Both the position numbers and the translations under genes were made by a program. A DNA stretch of 64,000 bases from Eledone cirrhosa (taxonomy: Eukaryota), in the NCBI GenBank assembly GCA_964016885.1, contig OZ024743.1:378262001-378326000 (forward strand), written 5' to 3'. Of this stretch, positions 55,013 through 64,000 are shown in pieces. The notes beneath the pieces were generated by a model. That model saw only the letters and a list, made by a program, of their open reading frames with translations, had not been told where the DNA came from and made no database searches. How positions within the stretch are numbered: the first letter of the stretch is position 1; the number at the start of each line of letters is the position of its first letter.

Positions 55013-55159
55013 CCCTTCGGCGAAGTAGGAGCTCTACCTGGAGTAAAATTATCATTAGTTTTATTTTTAACTACACGCCTAATATCTACACTTTCCATAT
55101 ATTTATTTTATTCACTTTGATTTAGATTTTTCTAAAATCCTAATTTAAATGTTAGAAAC

Positions 55160-55210
55160 TCTCTCTCTTTTTCTCTTGCTCTCTATGTCAAATATATTCT
55201 CTCCAATAGG
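55160..55210 (+). other. Probable 3' splice site of the brat coding exon
   Basis: Long pyrimidine tract ending ttctctccaatAG|G (AG 55208-55209); alternative cAG at 55221-55222. Confidence 0.5.
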
Positions 55211-55249
55211 TAAAATCACCAGGAAAGTGTGCCGGTCATTCTTGCTGAA

Positions 55250-57469
55250 ATGTCTTCACCAACTTTATCTCAGAGTGGATCAACTTCTTCAGAAAGCGAG
55301 ACCAATTACGAAACAAATGGGTTATGTACAAAATGCCCTTGCTGCTTAGAGATATTCATTATGCCAAAGGTTCTTGATTGTTTTCACACATTTTGCCTTC
55401 CTTGTTTAGAAAAGAATCGTGATGATGCAAACAAGATAACCTGCTCCGAGTGTTCATATGAGACGCATCTCCCTCATGGGACTCTAGATTTAATGACTGA
55501 TTATGCTGTGAGTAATGTACTTCAATCACCCCACACACAGCTTTGTTCACTGCACTGTACTGGCTGTAAAAACAAAGATGAAGTAGCTGTTGCTAAATGT
55601 TATAATTGCGCTAATTTTCTTTGTGCTAACTGTGTGATGGCACATCAGTTCATGCATTGTTTTGAAGATCATAAAGTGTTGAGTTTTGCTGAAATTCATG
55701 ATACTCCTGATGACTATTCTCTGACTCTATCTGAAAGGTATGTGACTTGTCCAAAACATCCACATGAAATATTACAGTCGTACTGTAAGACTTGCAGTAT
55801 TCCTCTGTGTAAAGACTGTACATTGTATGACCATAACTCTGAGCATGATTGTCAGTTATTGCTAGATGCTTGTGATAATAAAATTGATGAGCTCCAACAA
55901 CTGCAGCTTAAAGTGAAGTCCAGATCAAAAGACCTTGAAAACATTTCCGAGAGACTAAAAGATGTAGACTTACAGCTATGTTCCCAATATCGGAATGTTC
56001 AAAATGATATCAATGAAACATTTAATTACTTTCAATCAGTTTTGGATGAACGTAAAATGGAACTTTTGAGAGAACTTGAAGATACCTTCAATGGCAAGAT
56101 ATTATTATTAAACAACATGGAAAGTAAAATTCACCAAACTATTTCTCAAATCTCTCATGGTTGTGATTTCATAAAAAAATTAATCAAATACGCAAATGCG
56201 TCTGAGTTATTACTGATAAAGAGTTTTGTTGAGCAAAGATTTCAGAACCTTCTGGAATATTATCCAAGTGTACAATGTCAGGATTTTGACTTCAAATTTT
56301 TGTCTAATTTCTCAGCTATCCAGTCTGCTGTTCAAAATACTTTTGGTTATATTCATCAAGCAAGTGACTTTGATCCAACTGATAGTAACATAAAGTCTTT
56401 AAGATGTGAAAGCCGACTAAATGGTTATAACAGACATTATGGCCAGACAAATAAGCATGTCTCTTGTCACAGTATACAGTATGACTCCCCAGAAAATGTC
56501 TATGACAAATGGACTGGCGCCTTGGATATTTTGAAAGAATCTGTTTACCCATCACCTAATAATATGGTAGATTTCAATTTGAAACTGCTGAATACTTCGT
56601 TTTCAGTTCCATCAAGACCACAGTTAAAACGTCAAAAGATGATTTATCATTGTAAGTTTGGTGAATTTGGTACCCTCGATGGTCAGTTCACAGAACCAAG
56701 TGGTGTGGCTGTTAATGCTCAGAATGATATTATTATTGCAGACACAAATAACCATCGTATTCAAATATTTGACAAAGAAGGTCGCTTTAAGTTCCAGTTT
56801 GGTGAATGTGGCAAAAGAGATGGTCAACTTCTTTATCCCAACAGAGTTGCCATTGCAAAGGAAACGGGAGATATTGTCGTTACTGAGAGGAGTCCAACAC
56901 ATCAAGTTCAGATTTATAACCAATATGGACAATTCATTCGCAAATTTGGTGCTAGCATATTACAGCATCCTCGTGGAGTTACTGTTGATGTGAAAGGAAG
57001 GATTGTTATAGTTGAGTGTAAAGTTATGCGTGTGATAATCTTTGATCAGTTTGGTACTGTAATAAACAAATTTGGTTGCTCGCTACACTTGGAATTTCCA
57101 AATGGAGTTGTTGTGAATGATAAAGAGGAAATCTTTATAAGTGACAATCGGGCTCATTGTGTGAAAGTATTTAATTATGCTGGATTGTATTTGCGTCGAG
57201 TTGGAGGAGAAGGTGTTACTAACTACCCAATTGGTGTTGGTGTAAATTCTAATGGGTCAGTTGTAATTGCTGACAATCATAATAACTTTAACATTACTAT
57301 TTTTACACAGTCAGGTCAGCTTATAAATGCTCTTGAAAGTAAAGTGAAACATGCTCAATGTTTCGATGTAGCACTTCTGAATGATGGTTCAGTAATCCTT
57401 GCTAGTAAAGATTACAGGGTTTATATATATCGCTACTCTTCAAATTATAGACAAAGCTCTGTTATGTGA
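55250..57469 (+). CDS. brat: Brain tumor (Brat/NCL-1)-type TRIM-NHL RNA-binding protein, 739 aa: RING - 2 B-boxes - coiled coil - NHL beta-propeller
   Basis: C-terminal RQKMIYHCKFGEFG...FTEPSGVAVNAQNDII...TERSPTHQ...LEFPNGVVVND...NHNNFN...ESKVKHAQCFDVAL...SKDYR is the Brat NHL domain as I recall it from Drosophila; B-box CTGC...CANFLCANCVMAHQFMHCFEDH; first ATG 55250 (ORF track begins at GTG 55229); upstream in-frame TAA at 55211; TGA ends 57469. Confidence 0.93.
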   Translation: MSSPTLSQSGSTSSESETNYETNGLCTKCPCCLEIFIMPKVLDCFHTFCLPCLEKNRDDANKITCSECSYETHLPHGTLDLMTDYAVSNVLQSPHTQLCSLHCTGCKNKDEVAVAKCYNCANFLCANCVMAHQFMHCFEDHKVLSFAEIHDTPDDYSLTLSERYVTCPKHPHEILQSYCKTCSIPLCKDCTLYDHNSEHDCQLLLDACDNKIDELQQLQLKVKSRSKDLENISERLKDVDLQLCSQYRNVQNDINETFNYFQSVLDERKMELLRELEDTFNGKILLLNNMESKIHQTISQISHGCDFIKKLIKYANASELLLIKSFVEQRFQNLLEYYPSVQCQDFDFKFLSNFSAIQSAVQNTFGYIHQASDFDPTDSNIKSLRCESRLNGYNRHYGQTNKHVSCHSIQYDSPENVYDKWTGALDILKESVYPSPNNMVDFNLKLLNTSFSVPSRPQLKRQKMIYHCKFGEFGTLDGQFTEPSGVAVNAQNDIIIADTNNHRIQIFDKEGRFKFQFGECGKRDGQLLYPNRVAIAKETGDIVVTERSPTHQVQIYNQYGQFIRKFGASILQHPRGVTVDVKGRIVIVECKVMRVIIFDQFGTVINKFGCSLHLEFPNGVVVNDKEEIFISDNRAHCVKVFNYAGLYLRRVGGEGVTNYPIGVGVNSNGSVVIADNHNNFNITIFTQSGQLINALESKVKHAQCFDVALLNDGSVILASKDYRVYIYRYSSNYRQSSVM

Positions 57470-58188
57470 AATTACTATTATTTTAAAGCTCTGTTTATTG
57501 CAGTTTTAAGGATAAGGAATACTTGGATAAGAGAAACTTTGTTTATCTGCAATGTTGTGAAAAAAAAAAAATTATCCTTTCCATTTTATGTCTGAAGAGG
57601 ATAAGAAAATCTAAGTAGCAACTTAATTTCGTTGGCCATTTTTATTTATTTTTTTTTATTTTTCAAAGAAAATTGAAAAAAAAAACTTTGTTATTTTCTT
57701 TATCAATATTGTTTTTTTTTTTTTTGTTTATTATACTACCCTAAAATTGGACCCTAAATTATATTTAAAAAAAAAAAACTCGACGTTTCAAATCTGTCGA
57801 AGGATCTGACCTGTATGTTGAATTTATATATTTTGTTTGTTTGTTTTTTTTTTTTGTTTTGTTTTTTTTCCTTAATTCTGTATTATAGTTACCTATTTTT
57901 ATAAACTGGTCTTTTATTTGGATCAGTAAAGAAAAATTTGCCATATATTAATTTGAGATAATTCTTCCTGTCTTCAATATCACATGCTATGTTTTAATTT
58001 TTTTTAAAGTAAAGCTTAACCCTTCATTTAACTCTTCAATCATTATTTAATCATTTATTTCAGTGAGAACTTAGTAATTTTTCCCTTAGAATAGAATATT
58101 TAAAAAAAAAAAAATTTATCGGGGGAAAAAATACTATTGCTACATTTAAAAAATTTCATTGCATTTTTGTCTACACTCACTCACTCTC

Positions 58189-58223
<35 letters not shown>

Positions 58224-58523
58224 GTACACATGCACTCTCTCTGTTTTCATGCACACACTAAAGCTTTTTATTTCATCTGAATTTTCACATGAAATATTTG
58301 TATTCTACTTTCAAGTCCATCACAATCTGTTCATGTTTCCTAATTTTAGATTTAAAGTTTGATACTGTATGGCAAAGGCAATGAATTGACAGTTGCCAGG
58401 TCAAAATGCTTTGCAGTATTCCTTCCTTCCTTCTCTCTACATACAGTTCAAATCCTACTGAGGTCAACTTTGCCTTTCATCCTTTCGAGGTTGTTAAAGA
58501 AAACATAAGTCCAATACTACAGT

Positions 58524-58584
<61 letters not shown>

Positions 58585-59000
58585 CTTTCTCACTTACTCT
58601 ATATCACAATCTCCCTTTCATGAAGAGGGCATGGAAAACACCCCCTTGATACTGGTACTTTTCTTTGACATTGCAGTGATGAAAGGCAAATTGGCCTTGG
58701 CAGGTTTGCAGATAGTGGGAATATCGTAAAGTATTCTGATCTAATGACTTTGCTAAATGTTTATTGGTTGGTTGAATCCCACGAAAACCATGCCATGCCA
58801 CTAAAGAGGCGCACATAGAGGGAGACGCAGACAAAAAGAGATACAATTAAAGTGTTAGATATTTAGAGAGGGAGAGAGTAACATCCCATGAAAGTCTAGA
58901 AACGGCTTAAACTATAAATCATTTGATCTATAGGAAGGTTTAACAATATTGCGTTAGCTTTTATAAAGCTGTTTTACAGCGGTTCATTTTACAGAATAAA
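57470..59000 (+). promoter_or_regulatory. Putative U-rich 3'UTR of brat; first canonical AATAAA I found is at 58995
   Basis: T-rich tracts and repeated TGTT motifs directly after the stop; true 3' end unknown. Confidence 0.35.
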
Positions 59001-59229
59001 GAAAAATTGATACCATTTGAAATCAATCTACCTTCCAGCTTTTATCCATATACTACTTAAACTGTACTAACAAAGCTAAACACTTCAGAAACTTATGCAG
59101 TATATTGCTGTGTTTCAGATGACATCCTTTGGAGCTGAAAAAAGATGGTTATTTCACATTTAAAATCCAAGGCCAATGCTACCATTTAATCAGCAGTTTA
59201 CTCTCCCAGCCTAATAAGGAAGTTTTATG

Positions 59230-59260
<31 letters not shown>

Positions 59261-60110
59261 CTCTCACCAAACAACGCCTCCAATAGTCGTTTTCTCTTTT
59301 ATCCATCTTCTCTTAGCACTGCACATTGAAATGGCTTTTTCTGCATCTCCCCCTCACTATCCTCTGGAAGTAAACACTATATTGCTGGGACCATGAGGTG
59401 ACATACATAGAAGCAGATGAGTTTGGTGGTGTGACCACTTTTTACTGATTCATACTGCCTTATACTTGTAGATCAATTGAAGCAACAAATGACAACCTAA
59501 TTTGGGGGTAAATATAAAAAAGGTGGCTTGTTTATTTTAGTATAGTGTAACAGGAAGTTTACATTACTAAAACATGTAAAGGTTAACCAAAATATGGGGT
59601 TGCTGTAAGAGATGGCAAAAAAGGGATGGTGCTAAGTTTCTAGCTATAGTGACATAAAAAAAAATGCAAACAGTAAATGAAATTTAAGTGCTCTTATAGA
59701 CAGTCAAAAGAATGTTAGACAAATGCTTAGCATTATTTGTGCTGGCTCTAGGGCAGTATAGGTAGTGTAGGACAACATAGTTTGTTGCATAGTTATAGCC
59801 CTTTGTTCTGAGTTCAAATCCTGCTGAGGTTAGCTTTGCCTTTCATCCTTAGGGGTATTGATAAAATGAAGTACCAGTAATGCACTAAGGTTGATTTAAT
59901 CAACTTTCTCCTCCCTTTCAAATTGTCCTTGTGCCTATAGTAGAAATCATTATTCTGGCTCTACATTGAGTTCAAATAATGTAGTCAAATTTGTCTTTTA
60001 TCCTTCCGAGATCAGTAAAACAAAATACCAGTCATATACTGAGGTTGATTTAATCAACTTTGCTTTTTCCCTCAAATTTGTTGTCCTTGTGTGTAAATTA
60101 GAAATCAATA
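58375..60110. mobile_element. Diverged SINE family B copies (+58375-58500, -58650-58800, +59750-59952, +59955-60110)
   Basis: gttcaaatcct(a/g)ctgaggt...tttgcctttcatcctt cores. Confidence 0.65.
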
Positions 60111-60251
60111 TCATATAAACATGATGGATATATGGCTATTTTCCAGCCAAAGTTGCACTGCTGTGCATGGTTTTACATAATCTAGTTCTTAAGAACAAAA
60201 TGGTATTACTACAATTTAGTGCCCTACTCCCTCATAATATTCTTAATAATG

Positions 60252-60290
<39 letters not shown>

Positions 60291-60534
60291 AGATACTTTT
60301 TCAAGGGCGTAGATTTCTTCTTGGACCTATAATTCCTAATTGAGTCATAGGGACACCCAAGTGACATACAGCATATCTTGGGCACTTTTTTTAACCTGCC
60401 TGCACCAATCTCTTCTCCAGATCTAAACACCATTGATTCCTTCCAGAGAAGGTATAAGAGGAAGAATAGACCCCCCCCCCCCCCGTTCTAGACTGGTACT
60501 TTTTTTAAAATTAACATAAAGGACAAAGTAAAGT

Positions 60535-60732
60535 TAAGCTTTGTGGGTGTAGATGAAAAACTGGCCATATCCAGCCACAATTTTCTCGCCTCTTTCTGTT
60601 CCAACTGGCCACTCATACTGATGTTAAGTATTGTTCTCGAAATATCAATCTCATAAATTCTGTATTATGTGAGATTAAGCCTTTACCATGAAAATACAAT
60701 AGTAAATATAGAGTAATGTAAATGTTAAAGGG
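60535..60732. mobile_element. piggyBac-like MITE, same family as 43224-43412
   Basis: Shared internal sequence; ends AAAGGG|TTAA (60733-60736). Confidence 0.55.
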
Positions 60733-61169
60733 TTAAGTCATAGTTGTAGAGATGACATTCCATTAGAGTATAAAATGTTATCCTGTTTCCTTAACATAAA
60801 ATAGGAGGGCAGGATAAAAGTTCTGCATTTACCCGACTACAAATACAGATTCCAAGTATTCAATAAAGACACTGGTTAGGTGTATGGCATTACAAAAGTG
60901 ACCATCCCATCTTTTCCTACTGTGCAGAGAATCCAGGGCCACATTATCCAACATGTCTTTTTTTTTATTTTTTATTTTTTTTTTATTTTTTATAGTAAGG
61001 TTGAACGACCATGGGAGCTTCCCTCATTAGCTTGAAATAACTGAGTAGTCACTACCAATTAACGGCTAACGAAGGTGCTTAGAAACGACAAAATCTAATC
61101 CTACTAAAAGCTACTTAGGGCAACAATGAAAAATACAAAATTGAAGAAACTGTGTGTCTCTCCAAAAAA

Positions 61170-61450
61170 GTTGCTTTAGTGCTTAACTCAAGATCGTGAA
61201 TTCAGTTCCCAGTGGCACAGTGTCTGAGCAAAGCCACTTTATTTCACATTGCTCCAGTTCATGCGCCTGTCAAAAAAATAAGTTGTACTTGTAATTCAAA
61301 GTACCAGCTTTCTCTCTCTTTCGGAGCTACGTTGTGGGTGCAGGTATCTATGGAATACACAGCCATTTGCACGTTCATTTCAAGAGCAGGCTGCTCCGTT
61401 AGTTGTACAACTTGTATAGTCGGCGTCGTAAATGACAAGTCCAACAACAC
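61170..61450 (+). mobile_element. Diverged SINE family A copy
   Basis: gtctgagcaaagccactttatttcacattgctccagt core. Confidence 0.6.
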
Positions 61451-62006
61451 CAATGTGCTCATTCATAAGTATTTCTTCTTCGATCAACGTAAGGTCATAG
61501 GTTTATATTTCAAGAGCTGCTCCGTTAGTTGTACAACTTCAATATGCTCATTAGAGATAGTGGAGTGAACAATAGACTCGCAGAAACATTGGCTCATTCA
61601 TAAGTATTTCTTCTTCGATCAACGTAAGGTCATAGGTTTATAATTCAGTTTAGTATAGGTGGTGAATTGACAGGATGGCTGGAACATTAGATAGAATGCT
61701 TTGCAGTATTCCTTTAGATGAGTCGATTTTGCTCTTTATAGCTTCAAACTCGATAAAATACCTATACAATACTGGGATCGATTCTTCTACTCTTGGGTCT
61801 CGAATAATCGTCCCCCGCCACCGCTTATTAATTTATCAGATTTTTCCATTCCCCTCCCTTATTAAATTTGTTGATCTATCAGCGGTGAAATTTTATTTTA
61901 AGTGGTAGCATTCCTGCGACAATTTTTATTTATTTATTTAAAAAAAAAAAAAAAATTACACATGACAAAGTACATTACTAAAACCCCAGACATTATGAAT
62001 TAAATA

Positions 62007-62195
62007 GGGCGGTGAATTGGCAGTATCGGTAGAGGGTTGGACGCCATGCTTTCTAGCATAGTTACGTCCCTTTACAGTCTGAGTTCAAATCCCGCCGAGG
62101 TTAACTTTGCCTTTCATCCTTACGGGGTCGATAAAATAAAGTACCAGTAATGTACTGGATAATTGCTGGCCTTGTGCCTAAAGTAGAAACAATTA
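62007..62195 (+). mobile_element. tRNA-derived SINE, family B (well preserved)
   Basis: ggcggtgaattggcagtatcggtag (A-box-like), gagttcaaatccc (B box), gtcgataaaataaagtaccagt; flanked by the direct repeat attatgaattaaatagg (61992 and 62192), a TSD-like duplication overlapping the first G's. Confidence 0.85.
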
Positions 62196-62469
62196 TGAAT
62201 TAAATAGGATGGGTTGGTTTCAATATGTAAACTATACGATTAATTTATTTGGTTTTTTTTAAATTAACGGTGACAATCTAGAAAAATTACCGATTTTCCA
62301 CACACCCTGCTTATTCCCCACCCCCATAGTATATATCTTCCTCACTCTCTCTTCTCTGGGATAAATCGGCTGTGCTTAGTACTGGCGTGGGAATGGGTCC
62401 GCCAGGTTTAAAACTCCATCAGGAGGGCCTGCTTCATACATACATATTACTGGTATTCACTCCATCAAT

Positions 62470-62562
62470 TCTAGATACTACGGGCATGTGGTTAGAATGT
62501 CTCCGGAAAGAATCGCTGGACAAATTTTATGGGCAAAACCAACCAGTAGGAGACCCAGGAGT
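62470..62562 (+). mobile_element. RTE-like LINE coding fragment (family of 54820-55012)
   Basis: Reads LRYYGHVVRMSPERIAGQILWAKPTSRRPR. Confidence 0.6.
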
Positions 62563-62935
62563 AAATATGTAAGCAAAAGGGAAAGACCTGCACATTCAAT
62601 CACATACCATAAACGGTTTTGGAGTTTTCCTTAATTTTCGAAGCAAACCAACACTGGTTAAGGCGCTGGAATAATCAAGCACCGCCCACCAGATACCTCG
62701 GTAAAGCGAGTCATCACCAATGACAAGAATTTAGTTGTCATTGGCCTAGCTACCCCAAATATCTCAAGCATTACAAGCTGAAAAAAAAAAAAAAGTTTAC
62801 TGATAATTCCAGGTATTTTAGAATTTTATTCCTTTCGGTTACGGATGCAATGACCTTCGCCACAGCAAATACCGTTGTACTTAGGCGAATACTTAACCGA
62901 AAATGAAAGTCTTTATTCAACAAATTTCAGTTGCA

Positions 62936-63870
62936 TTGGCAGTATCGGTAGCGGGTCGGACGCTATGCTTTGTAGCAAAGAGTTATGGCCCTTTCCATTC
63001 TGAGTTCAAATCCCGCCGAGGTTAACTTTGCCTTTCATCCTTATGGAGTCGATAAAATAAAGTACCAGTAATACACTGTGTATTTGCTGGCCTTGTGCAA
63101 AAGTAGAAAATTATATACTGTTTGCAAAAGAAATAACTGTTTCTACATTTGGCACAAGGCCAGCAATTATCCAAGTGCATTACTGGTACTTTATTTTATC
63201 GACCTCGTAAGGATGAAGGGCAAAGTTAACCTCGGCGGGATTTGAACTCAGAATGGCAAGGGACGTAACTGTATGCGTCAAAGCATGGCGTCCGACCCTC
63301 TACTGATACTGCCAATCCACCGAAAGCAGATTCTACGCCTCTGTCTAGGTGGAATATCTCAACCAAATGAAAATTTGGTAAGATTGACATATCAATTATA
63401 AAAACATTAGTTTCTGATTTAGGCAAAAGGCCAACAATGTTTTGGGGTAGAGGAAAGTCAATTAGATTGACCCAGTACGTTACTGGTGCTTTATTTTATC
63501 GACCCCCATAAGGATGAAAGGCAAACCTAACCTCGGCGGGATTTGAATGTAAAGGGCCGTAACTATATACTGCGAAGCATAATTATTGTGGCTTAATTAT
63601 ATTATCTGTATTTATTTTATCGATACTCGAAGGCATAACCAGCTAACAAATTATATGAAAAATAACATTACAAATATAATTTTGATAAACACAAATATAA
63701 ATACATATAACATTCGACTTGAAAAAGATATCAATAATAATAATTGTTTCTACTTTTGGCACAAGGCCAGCAATTACCCAGTGCATTACTGGTACTTTAT
63801 TTAATCGACCCCGTAAGGATGAAAGGCAAAGTTAACCTCAGCGGGATTTGAACTCAGATCATAAAGAGCC
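62936..63870. mobile_element. SINE family B cluster: +62936-63110, -63138-63322, -63405-63580, -63742-63870
   Basis: Near-identical gagttcaaatcccgccgaggttaactttgcctttcatcc cores in both orientations. Confidence 0.85.
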
Positions 63871-64000
63871 GTTGATATTTATTAAGGGAAGCAAAAATAA
63901 AAACGACCATCAATTCACCACCAAGTGCGACAATCGCTCACACATCGTGTGTAAATTCTTAAGAGTTACAGACGGGGATATATGGAAATATACTAACACA

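Noticed and set aside
57781-57815. Minus-strand hammerhead suggested by gacgtttc
   Set aside because: No CUGANGA counterpart follows the hairpin.

Overview
AT-rich, repeat-dominated animal genomic DNA; the SINE/RTE families and microsatellite content look like an octopus/coleoid cephalopod genome (inference from recall, not a database hit). One host gene is present: a brain tumor (brat/NCL-1)-type TRIM-NHL gene (ATG 55250..57469, +) whose whole CDS is one uninterrupted ORF and which has an intact N-terminal RING finger. About 43% of the window is two minisatellites: a G-rich 29-bp array (1..~3900) and an 18/19-bp array of ~23.7 kb (18594..42259). The many VLVT/TNTT/MSLTLP ORFs are artefacts of the second array. 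The rest is nested mobile DNA: at least seven RTE-clade LINE pieces (with a C4HC3 PHD-type finger inside the RT region), two non-autonomous Helitrons, a hAT-type MITE, piggyBac-like MITE ends, a Penelope-like GIY-YIG fragment and many tRNA-derived SINEs. Best second-look items are several minimal hammerhead-ribozyme motifs, the PHD-in-RT architecture, the RING-bearing Brat, satellites abutting or copying TE junctions, and inverted SINE pairs downstream of brat.
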